A DNA stretch of 64,000 nt from an uncultured Spirochaetota bacterium (GCA_963783575.1 CAWAOD010000011.1:544001-608000); one strand, 5' to 3'; shown: positions 39,001 to 49,206, counted from the first letter of the stretch. A program made the numbers and translations. Notes: generated by a model from the letters alone, not told the origin.

Positions 39001-39191
39001 GCTGACTGTGTAGAAACCTGTTTTTCAGCTCCTATTAACTTTTCTACATTAGCCATATTTTCCAATGGAACGTTTGTCAGGTCATTTAAATCATCCATTT
39101 TCTCCTGAATTTCCATACCCTTTATTATCTGGTCAGGAGAAAACGAATCTTCTTTACCTAAGTATTTTACCAGACCGTCATATTTGCCCAT
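36087..39191 (-). CDS. Periplasmic flagellar collar protein FlcA-like: acidic cytoplasmic N-terminus, one TM, TPR array
   Basis: Long E/P-rich low-complexity region, TM (FVFFIIIILLGFIFW), many TPR units; architecture matches spirochaete FlcA, but orthology is not shown. Confidence 0.7.
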   Translation of the reverse strand: MGKYDGLVKYLGKEDSFSPDQIIKGMEIQEKMDDLNDLTNVPLENMANVEKLIGAEKQVSTQSAPAPDETDVSEIDPDVLKEIENLDTAPSNVEELKSRIQVTNYDKPLTPAEELSFLEQETAETPVIEEEAGGESTPENILEPQFMQMPSGEETPLPEEELKEQEPEKKEFPGEEMPEFVPSSAEMQEPELTDFFQDLSVKEETPEEAGTVLETAFPDNVENPQEEAFPEIGLPETAIEETAEFPNLEIPEMEKPVEKPSSETEMPDLGSTEMELPEFEMPKFEAAGSNLPEFEAPIETKEGMKQPLSENVEAPEEFPPAEIHEFADISKQMESFQQQKPIEKPSFLESPKEKTPIKFAAESGGIELDQEKAAKVRSRINKIVNPLLRKKIRQAILEAKLPDHILQQLIAFLILNAEDDEIQAFIDPLIPDTKVIEIEQMVKKEKEKEIETKKKKTTEEFKGAGIPGRKIIYTEEIHKGKEFTKEFQNVTKYSFVFFIIIILLGFIFWQIIWTPAIANRYYSQGLAALKRNDFISSESKFEIAKRTAGPNLKWFNIFANSYIEKKQFDMAKKKFIDALDYNPMDQETIYNFADYYKIIYPPRFDEAIKLYGRLLKKSPKNFDYIDKVAMTYIDWADRTTDPNDQIARYAEANKLYEGYLTYYPKHTASYFRLLDIALRLKKEDRIDILYDTIDHINNKAVNVKTMTELAKFYTDRRRLDRAKLVFNKLIPPNPQYDEAYYEYARYLTINYDFFRAIKAISNAIILNGKSAKSYNLLGEIYFVTEVIQNNIILAKEQFENAIKYDPNYYKPYANLGHIYYYNSLNFNDPEKAYSDAFYNYKMAMSLIDKDKKDYLLSYNLGWLYYKYKDYENAFNEFAKLYVDEPYDPVLSYVLGNTYYYLNKLNLAKVQYDKAIEYYRVIAGKVQYINPGLQRHKEIYTQLARSFNNRGVVYSLFAKQTRNPEYEQRALLDFYQSKEYANKINVIYNFSEYNIKYLLNKNIRNDNPAFDDELTKRTTLTKLIDEFKDNMISTL

Positions 39192-39226
39192 GCAGCTATC
39201 CTATTATTGATAGGTATATTAATTGA

Positions 39227-39253
39227 ATATCGGATAAATAAGGGATTTTATTA
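39227..39253 (-). promoter_or_regulatory. Possible sigma28-type promoter upstream of the FlcA-like gene
   Basis: Minus strand TAAT-N15-TCCGATAT versus consensus TAAA-N15-GCCGATAA. Confidence 0.25.
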
Positions 39254-39398
39254 AAATTATAAGATTTCTGGGGTTTAATTTGATTTACCGGATCGGCAAC
39301 ATCATTATACCAATCGGATAAGTATATACCGTACTTATTAAAACCGCAAGTAATTAGCCTATCCTGAAGCAGGTTATCCATATTTATCAGTAGACTGA

Positions 39399-40103
39399 TC
39401 AATCTTTAAAAAACGTAAGAACATCAACAGTTTCCGCTAGATTATTCTTAACTATCGAGCTGATTTCATTGACTGTATTGCCAGTTGTAAAAATATCATC
39501 AATGATAATAACTGACTTTCCGGTAAAATCAAAGTTTGTTTTAAAATCGAATTGTCCTTTGATCCATTCCCTTCTTTCATTTGCGCTTAATTCACTTTGA
39601 TGTTTTTTATGTTTTTTTCTAATAAGAGAATCCATAAAAGGTATACCGCATTTTTTCAATAGGAATTCAACTTGGTTAAATCCCCTGATTTTATAAGATT
39701 CTTTTGATAAAGGGGTGATTAATACGATATCATAATCTTTTTCAATAAAAAACTTATCAATTTCAGGCTTTATGATAAGATACAAATCATTACCCGCATA
39801 CAAATTGGATTTAAACTTAAATAATTGCATTAATTTTTGTATTATTGGGTCTTTGTAATAAAATAAGGATGTATTACTTTTGAATGAATAATCTGTCCGG
39901 CTGCAGTTATAACAGTAATCAAGATTCGATATATAAAGTTCATCGCAGCATTTTTTACATTTTTTGCCGCCTTCTTGATGTATTGGCTTAATAGTCCCGG
40001 TACAATCCGGGCATATCATATTAAATTTTAAGCTTTTATTGGTATTATTAATTAATTTTCTACCACATGAAAAGCATTTTATAGGAAAGAGAATATCAAG
40101 CAT
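39399..40103 (-). CDS. comF: ComF family protein (Zn ribbon plus phosphoribosyltransferase)
   Basis: LFPIKCFSC, CPDC, CKKC, CYNC, RGFNQ, IIDDIFTTGNT. Confidence 0.92.
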   Translation of the reverse strand: MLDILFPIKCFSCGRKLINNTNKSLKFNMICPDCTGTIKPIHQEGGKKCKKCCDELYISNLDYCYNCSRTDYSFKSNTSLFYYKDPIIQKLMQLFKFKSNLYAGNDLYLIIKPEIDKFFIEKDYDIVLITPLSKESYKIRGFNQVEFLLKKCGIPFMDSLIRKKHKKHQSELSANERREWIKGQFDFKTNFDFTGKSVIIIDDIFTTGNTVNEISSIVKNNLAETVDVLTFFKD

Positions 40104-40119
40104 ATTTATCCTTATTGAA

Positions 40120-41082
40120 TTATTCTTTAACTGAACCCAATTTGAAATTATTTATAAGGTTTATAAGAGCTATTTTACTATTGACACCTGTTTTTTTATA
40201 GATGCTGTAAGCATAATTTTTGATTGTTCCGGCAGAAATAAATAGTTTATTTCCGATCTCATTATAATTCATACCTCTTAGTATCATAGTCAATACTTCA
40301 GTTTCCCTTTCTGTGATCTCAAAATTCTTAATAAATTCTCCGGATAAATTGATACTGGATAAGTTAGTAAATGGATCCATTTTTTTAAAAAAATCTTTTA
40401 TGCTGTAAATTAAACTTATAATGCTCCATGAAAAATAGAATACCGGCATAAGATTAAAATTTCTGGGAAATAATTTCAACTTAACCTGAAAAATTTTCCA
40501 ATAGCCGTCAACTATAAAAGCCGGGAAAAAAATTATTCCTAATATAAGGATGGTTTTTAAAATCTTTCTTATCTCAATATCTTGTATGGTTTTTAAATTC
40601 TTAATAATAAGTAATATAATATATATAATCTCAATGTATAATATATTTAAATAAATTGAATAGAATTCATAACAAATCAAATCAAACGTTTTGTATTGAT
40701 CTCCGCCGGCAAAATAAGGTATTAACAGCATTATGACAGGAAGCAAAGTAATAGAACCGAAAAACACTTTTTTCTTTCCTGAAAATGTTTTCCCTATTAA
40801 CAAATGCAGAGTATATGGAATTATATAGATCAGTGCTCCGTCAATAAGGAAAAATAGCATAGTGAATAATATTTCCAGATATATATTCTGATATGAAATA
40901 ATTGTAAATATATAAAAATAGAATGTATAAGTTACAATTAAAATAGTTAATAGTATGAGAAAAATTAAATAATATTTAGCGATCTTTTTTTTTGTTATAA
41001 AATATATTATCAATGTGGAAATTATTGCGGCAAAACCGGCAGTAAAGGTTATAATATAATAAAATACGATAAGATGCTTCAT
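40120..41082 (-). CDS. Membrane-bound LuxR-type HTH transcriptional regulator
   Basis: About 7 TM N-terminal region; C-terminal ITERETEVL..ILRGMNYNEIGNKLFISAGTIKNY..SIYKKTGV. Confidence 0.9.
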   Translation of the reverse strand: MKHLIVFYYIITFTAGFAAIISTLIIYFITKKKIAKYYLIFLILLTILIVTYTFYFYIFTIISYQNIYLEILFTMLFFLIDGALIYIIPYTLHLLIGKTFSGKKKVFFGSITLLPVIMLLIPYFAGGDQYKTFDLICYEFYSIYLNILYIEIIYIILLIIKNLKTIQDIEIRKILKTILILGIIFFPAFIVDGYWKIFQVKLKLFPRNFNLMPVFYFSWSIISLIYSIKDFFKKMDPFTNLSSINLSGEFIKNFEITERETEVLTMILRGMNYNEIGNKLFISAGTIKNYAYSIYKKTGVNSKIALINLINNFKLGSVKE

Positions 41083-41496
41083 ATAACTTATTAACTCCGG
41101 TATATTAATTACTAAGTTTTATAAATAATTCAGCATTGATCAATATTTTGTTTTGAAGATAATTATATAGATAATTCTATATTATAAATATAATTTCTGT
41201 CAAGATTAAATCAAAAAAGTTAATTGATAATTTGCAAAAAAGTTTCCAGATAAATTTAAGGTTCCATGTATTTTCATTAAGAATTTTACTATAACTTGAT
41301 TAGTAATTAATATATTATTAAAGTATAATATTTTAGTATAATAAAAATAAAATTGAAAATTTAAATCCCATTCTCAATGTAAATATTTGTTTTATTAATA
41401 AATTTGCAATCATATTTGAATATATAAAGAATTATAATTTGCTTTATTGGATTATTTAATATAAATTTGTATGGAAATTTATAGGAGGCTGTAATT

Positions 41497-43191
41497 ATGA
41501 GATTAATGATTAAGGATGATGTTTCAATTGTTCTGGCCGGTGAAGCAGGGCAGGGGCTGCAGTCAATTGAAGCTATTCTGATAAAGGTTTTGAAAAAAAA
41601 CGGATATAATGTTTTTTCAACAAAGGAATATATGTCCAGGGTCAGGGGCGGAATTAATTCCACAGAGATTAGGGTTTCGTCTGAAAGGGTAGCATCTTTT
41701 GTCGAACGGATAGACATTCTTATTGTTTTGAACCAGGATGGGATCAATCATTTAAAGAATAGGATTTCAGAAAACACTTTGGTGATCGGTGAAAAAGAAA
41801 AAATAAATTACAGCAGGATTACGGATATTCCGCTTACTAAAATTGCCATAGATGTCGGAAACGCTATTTATTCCAACTCGGTTGCAGCGGGGCTTATTTG
41901 TGGATTATTTGATACGGATCTGGAAATAGCGAAAAATGTCATCAGCCAATATTTCAGCGGAAAATCAGCCGAAATCCGGGATTACAATTATCTTGCCCTT
42001 GAAAAAGGTTTTAATCTTGCCAAAACTATGTTTAAAGGTATAATAGATATAAACATACAAAAAAATCAGGATATAACCGGTGAAACTATAATGAGTGCAT
42101 CGGAAGCAATTGCTTTAGGAGCTCTTGCCGGCGGATGCAGTTACGCCTGCGGATACCCGATGACACCTTCAACCGGCATTCTGGCAAATCTCGCGGCATA
42201 TTCGAAATCGGTTGATTTGATTGTCGAACAGGTGGAAGATGAGATAGGTGTTATCAATATGGCGCTTGGCGCGTGGTATGCCGGGGCCAGAGCAATAGCC
42301 GCGACTGCAGGCGGCGGTTTTGCCTTGATGGGCGAAGGAGTTAGCCTCTGCGGTATGATCGAATCGCCGCTTGTTGTCAGCGTAGGACAAAGGCCTGCCC
42401 CTGCGACCGGGCTTCCGACAAGAACAGAACAGGGAGATCTGAATTTAATTCTTTATGCGGGGCATGGCACTTTTCCAAGGATTATTTTTGCTCCGGGGGA
42501 CATAAAAGAAGCGTTTTATCTTACACAGAAAGCTTTTAATCTGGCCGAAAAATACCAGGTTCCTGTATTTATTCTATCGGATCAATATCTTGTTGACTGT
42601 TATTATAACAACCCTGAATTTGAAACCGGGCAGTTAAAAATAGAGAAATCCATTATCAAAACAGAGACTGGGTATAAAAGATTCCTTTTTTCTGAAAATG
42701 GTTTATCTTCAAGAGGTATACCGGGTTATGGAGAAGGCCTGGTTTGTATAGACAGTGATGAACATGATGAAGAAGGCCGCATTACAGAGGATTTTGAAGT
42801 AAGAAAAAGAATGGTGGATAAAAGGATGTCCAAAATAAGCTTAATTAAGAATGAAATTATTGAACCGAGCTTTTTCGGTAATGATAATTTCAGGACCCTT
42901 ATAATTTCATGGGGATCGAATTTAAATACGATTCTTGAAGCCATGAAGGTTCTGAAAGCGGATGACATTGCTTTCCTTCATTATTCACAGCTTTATCCTT
43001 TCCCGGAGAATTCAGGAAAAATACTAAAGAAGGCTAAAAAATTGATTCTTATTGAAAATAATGTTAATGCTCAATTCGGACAACTTGTATTGGTTTCAAC
43101 CGGGATTGAAATTCCTGACAGGATTCTGAAATACGACGGAATGCCTTTCTCTGTTGAAGAAATTGTTGAAAAAATAAGTCAAATAATATAG
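41497..43191 (+). CDS. korA: 2-oxoacid:ferredoxin oxidoreductase alpha subunit (gamma-alpha fusion)
   Basis: GEAGQG, SRVRGG, GYPMTPST, QVEDEI, TAGGGFALMGE, QRPAPATGLPTRTEQGDL; substrate specificity not determinable. Confidence 0.9.
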   Translation: MRLMIKDDVSIVLAGEAGQGLQSIEAILIKVLKKNGYNVFSTKEYMSRVRGGINSTEIRVSSERVASFVERIDILIVLNQDGINHLKNRISENTLVIGEKEKINYSRITDIPLTKIAIDVGNAIYSNSVAAGLICGLFDTDLEIAKNVISQYFSGKSAEIRDYNYLALEKGFNLAKTMFKGIIDINIQKNQDITGETIMSASEAIALGALAGGCSYACGYPMTPSTGILANLAAYSKSVDLIVEQVEDEIGVINMALGAWYAGARAIAATAGGGFALMGEGVSLCGMIESPLVVSVGQRPAPATGLPTRTEQGDLNLILYAGHGTFPRIIFAPGDIKEAFYLTQKAFNLAEKYQVPVFILSDQYLVDCYYNNPEFETGQLKIEKSIIKTETGYKRFLFSENGLSSRGIPGYGEGLVCIDSDEHDEEGRITEDFEVRKRMVDKRMSKISLIKNEIIEPSFFGNDNFRTLIISWGSNLNTILEAMKVLKADDIAFLHYSQLYPFPENSGKILKKAKKLILIENNVNAQFGQLVLVSTGIEIPDRILKYDGMPFSVEEIVEKISQII

Positions 43192-43200
43192 GAGCGGATT

Positions 43201-44063
43201 ATGGGAAATAATAGTTTTGAATTAGAGAATATTGATATTGCCTGGTGCCCGGGGTGCGGTAATTTTGGGATAAGGAAAACAATAATTGCAACGCTTGAAG
43301 AATTGAATCTGAAACCTCAAAATGTCGTAATGACTTCAGGGATAGGACAGGCTGCAAAAATGCCCCAATATATTAACTTAAATTATTTTAACGGGCTGCA
43401 TGGCAGGTCAATACCTCCCGCAACAGCGATAAAGGCCAGTAATCCCGAATTGACAGTGATCGCGGAAGGAGGTGACGGCGATATGTACGGTGAGGGGGGA
43501 ATCATTTTATCCATGCCATACGGCGGAATCCGGATATAACAATCATTGTTCATGACAATATGGTTTACGGCCTTACAAAAGGCCAGGCTGCCCCAACGAC
43601 TATGATTGGGATGGAAACGCCGGTGCAGGTGTTCGGTGTTTTTGAGGAGCCGCTTAATCCTATCGCGCTATCAGTTTCAATGGACGCTTCATTTGTCGCC
43701 AGGGCTTTTTCCGGCGATATCGATAAAACAAAAGAAATCATAAAAAAGGCGATTCTTCATAAAGGATTGTCGGTTGTCGATATTTATCAGCCATGCGTTT
43801 CATTCAACAAATTGAACACATTCAAATGGTTCAAAGACCATATCTATTACCTGGAGGACAGTTATGACCCATACAACAGGGTCAATGCCTTCGGAAGGGC
43901 AGTTGAGGAAGATCCGCTGCCCCTGGGGATTTTTTATATTAATGATAAAAAGAAAACATTTGAAGAAAACCAGAGAATATACTTGAATAGCCGGACACCG
44001 CTTTATAAAAGAGAAAGAAATCTTAAAGAAATTAATGATTTAATAAACAATTATTATAAATAA
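43201..44063 (+). pseudogene. korB: 2-oxoacid:ferredoxin oxidoreductase beta subunit, frameshifted (or a sequencing error)
   Basis: [17 protein letters not shown] in ORF 43201-43539; [29 protein letters not shown] continues in another frame; one base missing at GAGGGGGGAAT (about 43494-43502). Confidence 0.9.
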
Positions 44064-44102
44064 TTGTACAAAACTATTGTTATATAACAGAAGGAGCTGC
44101 TG

Positions 44103-46742
44103 ATGAATAGATTTTTGGAAGTCAAAAAAGATCTATACTGGGTAGGAGCATTAAACCCGGAATTAAGGGTTTTTGATGTGGTTATGTATACCCCGTACGG
44201 AACAACATATAATTCATACATCTTAAAAGGCAGTGATAAGATTGTTTTGTTTGAAACAGTGAAGGAAAAGTATTATGATGAATTTGTTGAAAAAATTGAG
44301 TCCTGCATAGGCAAGGCTCCGGTTGATTATATTGTATTGAATCACACCGAACCTGATCATTCCGGTGCCGCGTACAGGTTATGGAAGGAAAAGTATCCGG
44401 GCGTAAAAATTATTGGAACAAAAACAAGCGCTATGTTTTTTAAAAAGATTTCCAATGCCGGTGAGGGTCCGGAACAAATTACTGTGACAGATGAAACCGT
44501 AATTGATACTGGGGGTTATACATTACATTTTATACAGGCACCGTTTCTTCACTGGCCTGATACGATGTTTACATACATTCCGGAAATGGAAACCCTTGTG
44601 ACCTGTGATTTTTTAGGAATGCATTACTGCGATGAAAGGATATTTAATGATTTTACCGGTTGGATTGAAGGAAAGTATCTAGAATCTTATAAATATTATT
44701 TTGATATGATTATGGGACCATTCAAACAGCATGTAAGGAATGCTCTGAAAAAAATATCCCAATTGAAAATCACAACTGTTTGCACAGGGCATGGGCCTGT
44801 CATCCGCGAAAATATAGAGCAATATATCAGGTATTATGATGAATGGTCGAAAGAAGTAGAAATCATAGATCAGGTTGTTATACCTTATGTTTCCGCTTAC
44901 GGTTATACAAGGGGTATGGCCGTACAAATAGCTTCAGGCATTGAGTCAACAGGGAAGTTGAAATCAATTCTAATAGATTTGACTGATCAAGGGCATGGAG
45001 GTAGCGATAAGGATAAAATAAAGCAAGCGATTAATGAAATTTCAATATCAAAAGCATTTCTCCTGGGAACGCCTACAATAGTCGGTGATGCTCTATCACC
45101 CGTATGGGAAGTCGCGGTTTCACTTAACCCGTTTATTCATGCGGGGAAAAAAGCCGGCGTTTTCGGAAGTTACGGCTGGTCTGGCGAAGGCACACGCAAT
45201 ATTGAGGAGAGATTAAAACAGTTACGTTTCCAAATTCCTCTACCAGCATTAAAAGTAAACTTTAAACCGTCTGAAAAAGAATTAAAGGATTGTTTTGATT
45301 ATGGAGTTAAATTCGCAAAAGCAGTGATGGGAGAAAACATTGTAACGGATGTTCAGAGAGAAGCTCAAAAAACCGCCTCAATAGAAAAGCCGGTGCAAAA
45401 AGGGATCAGAAGATGGAAATGCCTTGTCTGCGGTGAAGTTTTCGATGGGTTGGAACCTCCGGATATCTGCCCGGCGTGCGGCGCAAAAAAAGAAATGTTT
45501 GTTCCCGCAGAGGAAGAAAAAATTAAAGCAAGCGATTTCAAAGGCAGGATTGTAATAATTGGCGGTGGAGCCGCATCCGATTCCGCGATACGTTTTATCC
45601 GCGATCACAATTCCGAAGCTTTGATTACTCTTATCTGTGCCGAAAAATACATGCCTTATTACAGGCCTATGCTTTCGGATTATTTATCCGATGAAAATAT
45701 CGCCAATCAGTCGAAATTTTATCTTCATCCTGAATCATGGTATATTGAGAGAGGAATCGAACTTAGACTTGGAGAGAAGGCAGTTAAAATAAATACGAAT
45801 GATAAAATTATACTAACGGAAAAAAATAATCCTTACAATTATGATCGTCTTATTCTTGCACATGGAAGCTACCCTTTCATCCCTGTTAATAATGCGCTTT
45901 CATTAAAGGGAGTATTTTGTCTGAGAAGTTTTGATGACGCAAAGGCGATAGCCGAAAAGGTAAAAAATTCAAAAAAAGCCGTTGTAGTCGGAGGCGGGAT
46001 ACTTGGCCTTGAAATCGTTTCGGCATTGATTGATAAAGGGCTTTCAGTCAGTGTTATCGAGTTTCTCAATCGTATTATGCCCGTTCAGCTTGATCCTGAG
46101 GGTTCCGAATTATTTGAAAAAATTATCCGCAATCTGAATATTGATCTTTATCTGGGAAAAGCTGTAAAGGAATTAACCGGAGACAATAATAATAAGGTTA
46201 CAGGAGTTGTTCTTTCAAGCGGTGAAGAACTGCCTGCCGAGTTAGTCGTATTCAGTTCCGGGGTCAGGCCAAATATTGATATTGCAAAAGATGCCGGTAT
46301 TGCAGTAAATAAAGGAATTTTAGTAAATGAAAGAATGCAGACAAATTATCACGACATTTATGCCTGCGGTGATATCGCAGAATTTGGAGGTAGAAATTTT
46401 GCGCTCTGGATGCCGGCAATACAGCAGGGAAAGATTGCTGGAGCTAACGCTATCGGGATTGAAATGGAATATAAGATAGAAGAGGCCGCGGCTCTCCTGA
46501 GTGCATTTGGTACCAATATTTACTCGGCAGGCGATATAGTAAAAATTGCTGTTAAAGATAGTGTTGAATATCAGCAGCTTTCATTTATGGATAAGGCTGC
46601 CAATAAATATAAAAAACTATTTTTGTCGAACGGTAAATTATGCGGAGGGATTTTATTGGGCGATATATCCGCATCACTTAAACTTATGAATGGAATTAAT
46701 AACAAAGTTGATTTTATTGAAGCAATAAAAATAATCGGGTAA
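44103..46742 (+). CDS. Multidomain flavodiiron protein: metallo-beta-lactamase, flavodoxin, rubredoxin and NADH:rubredoxin oxidoreductase (class F-like)
   Basis: HTEPDH, HWPD, TCD, GHG; flavodoxin SAYGYT, FGSYGWSGE; rubredoxin CLVC/CPAC; pyridine-nucleotide GGGILGLE, IYACGD. Confidence 0.92.
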   Translation: MNRFLEVKKDLYWVGALNPELRVFDVVMYTPYGTTYNSYILKGSDKIVLFETVKEKYYDEFVEKIESCIGKAPVDYIVLNHTEPDHSGAAYRLWKEKYPGVKIIGTKTSAMFFKKISNAGEGPEQITVTDETVIDTGGYTLHFIQAPFLHWPDTMFTYIPEMETLVTCDFLGMHYCDERIFNDFTGWIEGKYLESYKYYFDMIMGPFKQHVRNALKKISQLKITTVCTGHGPVIRENIEQYIRYYDEWSKEVEIIDQVVIPYVSAYGYTRGMAVQIASGIESTGKLKSILIDLTDQGHGGSDKDKIKQAINEISISKAFLLGTPTIVGDALSPVWEVAVSLNPFIHAGKKAGVFGSYGWSGEGTRNIEERLKQLRFQIPLPALKVNFKPSEKELKDCFDYGVKFAKAVMGENIVTDVQREAQKTASIEKPVQKGIRRWKCLVCGEVFDGLEPPDICPACGAKKEMFVPAEEEKIKASDFKGRIVIIGGGAASDSAIRFIRDHNSEALITLICAEKYMPYYRPMLSDYLSDENIANQSKFYLHPESWYIERGIELRLGEKAVKINTNDKIILTEKNNPYNYDRLILAHGSYPFIPVNNALSLKGVFCLRSFDDAKAIAEKVKNSKKAVVVGGGILGLEIVSALIDKGLSVSVIEFLNRIMPVQLDPEGSELFEKIIRNLNIDLYLGKAVKELTGDNNNKVTGVVLSSGEELPAELVVFSSGVRPNIDIAKDAGIAVNKGILVNERMQTNYHDIYACGDIAEFGGRNFALWMPAIQQGKIAGANAIGIEMEYKIEEAAALLSAFGTNIYSAGDIVKIAVKDSVEYQQLSFMDKAANKYKKLFLSNGKLCGGILLGDISASLKLMNGINNKVDFIEAIKIIG

Positions 46743-46776
46743 ATTAAAGATAGAAATAATTATTAAGGAGAATGCT

Positions 46777-47334
46777 ATGGCTGTAAAGAAGACTGAATTA
46801 AAGCCGATAAAAAAAGTAAAAATGAAAAGAAGAATCGGAAGGGACGATACGCTTGTTTCCGCGTCGATGCTGAATGAAGCGGTTGGAAGAATACTCAGTA
46901 AAACAAAACTCGACCGGGCATGGGACATTCCTTATCTTGCCGGATACAGCCGTGATTTTAAAACAATTTATATTGACAGGCATCTGCCGAAAACACTTGA
47001 AACCGGCGGTAAAAGATATTCAGTCGATCCGTTTTTAATCCTTCATGAATCGGTTGAGAAATCCCTTATCGATGAGATTCATCTTGTTTATCAGCATGCT
47101 CATCAAATCGCTTTGCGAGCCGAAGAAGCCGCAGTCAGGGCTTCCGGGATTTCCTGGAAGGAATATGACCGTTTTATGCAGAAACATATCAAGAGCGCAG
47201 GGCATGAAAATTTAAAGAGAATTCCTCCTGATCTCGATATTAAACCATATCATGATGAAGAAGATACCGCTCTATTGAAAAAGATGCAGGATGTTATCCG
47301 AAGAGAAATTAAAAAAAATAAAATCGCAAAATAA
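46777..47334 (+). CDS. Hypothetical protein with a possible metal-binding site
   Basis: AGGAG RBS; DIPYLAGYS, IYIDRHLP, LHESVE, YQHAHQIA. Confidence 0.7.
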   Translation: MAVKKTELKPIKKVKMKRRIGRDDTLVSASMLNEAVGRILSKTKLDRAWDIPYLAGYSRDFKTIYIDRHLPKTLETGGKRYSVDPFLILHESVEKSLIDEIHLVYQHAHQIALRAEEAAVRASGISWKEYDRFMQKHIKSAGHENLKRIPPDLDIKPYHDEEDTALLKKMQDVIRREIKKNKIAK

Positions 47335-47355
47335 CCCAGTTTTATTTTCCTGCTA

Positions 47356-49206
47356 TTATTCAACAGTTACACTTTTTGCAAGATTCCTGGGTTTATCGAC
47401 ATCAAGTGATTTTTCACGGGCAATATAATAAGCTAAAAGCTGGAGCGGTATTACATTAATAATTGGCGAGTATTCTTCAATAGTCTGAGGAACAATGATA
47501 ATATCGTCCACATAATCTTTGATCGCTCCGGTTTCCTCATTTGTCACGGCGATAATTCGGCCATTCCTTGCCTTAACTTCCATGATGTTGCTTACGATTT
47601 TTTCATAAAGCTGATCTTTTGGTGCTATGAAGACTATCGGCATATTTTCGTCTATTAAAGCAATCGGTCCATGCTTCATTTCTGCCGCTGGGTAACCTTC
47701 CGCATGAATATAGGATATTTCCTTCAGCTTCAATGCTCCTTCAAGCGCTATCGGATAATTGAAGCCCCTGCCCAGGTAAAGAAAGTTCCTTTCCTTACTG
47801 TACTTTTTTGCAATCTTTTTAATCTTTTCAAACTGGCTCAATACAAGTGAGATTTTGTCGGGTATTGCAGTTAATTCTTTTAATAAATTCTCTCCCTCAT
47901 ATAGGGGCATGTTTTTTAACCTGGCGAGGTATATGGAAAGCATTATTAATGAAACCACCTGGTTTGTAAACGCCTTTGTCGAAGCGACACCTATCTCAGG
48001 ACCCGCATGGAGATAAATTCCACTGCTGCTTTCCCGTGCTATCGTGCTGCCAATAACATTGGTAAGCCCGAATACTTTCGCTCCCTTTCTTTTTGCTTCC
48101 CTGAGGGCTTCAAGCGTATCCGCAGTTTCTCCCGACTGGCTGATAACGATCACAACATTATTTTCCTGGATTATCGGGTTCCTGTACCGGAACTCAGAAG
48201 CGTAATCAATTTCAACAGGAATTTCAGCGAATCTCTCAATCAAATACTTTCCTATTATTCCGGCATGCCAGCTTGTACCGCAAGCAGTTATAATAACCTT
48301 ACTAATCTGGCGGGCCTGGCTTTCACTAATATCAAGGCCTCCGAATTTAACCGTCCCTTCGGAAACTATAACCCTCCCGCGAAGAGCTGTATTGACAGCC
48401 TCAGGCTGTTCAAATATCTCTTTAAGCATATAGGTCTCAAAACCGTTTTTAGAAATTGCTTCAACATCCCAATCAATTACCGATATGTTCTTCTCGATTT
48501 TTTCATAATTCAAATCGTATGTTTTGAACATTTCTTCTTCGGATTTAATAACCACTACTTCCCCGTCTTCCATATAAACAACATTTTTTGTATAGGGCAT
48601 AATTGCGTTAACATCGGAGGCGAGGAACATTTCATGCTCACCCATTCCAACAACCAAAGGGCTTCCGTTTCTGGCCCCGACAATTTTATACGGTTCATCA
48701 ATGGAAATTACAGCGATTCCATATGTTCCATCAACAAGCTTTAACGCTTCCATAACGGCAGACTGAAGGTTCTGCTTTTTTTCGCTGTAAGCCTGTTCGA
48801 TTAAATGGACAAGAATCTCGGTGTCTGTTTCAGATTTGAATATATGTCCTTTTTTTATAAGTAGTTCTTTCAACACCCTGTAATTCTCAATAATTCCATT
48901 ATGAACAAGGGTTATTTTATTTCCGCAATCACAATGGGGATGAGAGTTTTCCTGAGTAACTCCGCCATGAGTTGCCCAGCGTGTGTGCCCGATACCTAAA
49001 TTGCTTTTTATCTCATGAAGGTTTTTATTTACCAGATTCCTTAAATTATTGATCCTGCCGACATCTTTTTGTATTTTTAAGGAATTATCTTTCGCTATGA
49101 TAGCTATGCCTGCAGAATCATAACCTCTGTATTCGAGCCGTTGAAGCGATTCCAGAAGTATTTCTTTAGCATCCCTATTTCCAATATAACCTATAATACC
49201 GCACAT
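47356..49206 (-). CDS. glmS: Glutamine-fructose-6-phosphate transaminase (isomerizing)
   Basis: MCGIIG, LEYRGYDSAG, GHTRWATHG, SQSGETADT, GALKLKEISYIHAEG, PRNLAKSVTVE. Confidence 0.98.
   Translation of the reverse strand: MCGIIGYIGNRDAKEILLESLQRLEYRGYDSAGIAIIAKDNSLKIQKDVGRINNLRNLVNKNLHEIKSNLGIGHTRWATHGGVTQENSHPHCDCGNKITLVHNGIIENYRVLKELLIKKGHIFKSETDTEILVHLIEQAYSEKKQNLQSAVMEALKLVDGTYGIAVISIDEPYKIVGARNGSPLVVGMGEHEMFLASDVNAIMPYTKNVVYMEDGEVVVIKSEEEMFKTYDLNYEKIEKNISVIDWDVEAISKNGFETYMLKEIFEQPEAVNTALRGRVIVSEGTVKFGGLDISESQARQISKVIITACGTSWHAGIIGKYLIERFAEIPVEIDYASEFRYRNPIIQENNVVIVISQSGETADTLEALREAKRKGAKVFGLTNVIGSTIARESSSGIYLHAGPEIGVASTKAFTNQVVSLIMLSIYLARLKNMPLYEGENLLKELTAIPDKISLVLSQFEKIKKIAKKYSKERNFLYLGRGFNYPIALEGALKLKEISYIHAEGYPAAEMKHGPIALIDENMPIVFIAPKDQLYEKIVSNIMEVKARNGRIIAVTNEETGAIKDYVDDIIIVPQTIEEYSPIINVIPLQLLAYYIAREKSLDVDKPRNLAKSVTVE

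Noticed and set aside
38150..39050. Repetitive E/P-rich segment as a repeat element
   Set aside because: Protein-level low complexity of the FlcA-like N-terminus; no exact nucleotide repeats seen
39196..39402. 68-aa ORF between comF and the flcA-like gene
   Set aside because: No motif or convincing RBS; more likely promoter-containing intergenic DNA, though not excluded
48007..48744. 245-aa plus-strand ORF
   Set aside because: Antisense shadow of glmS with no recognisable motifs; the same applies to the many short ORFs overlapping long genes
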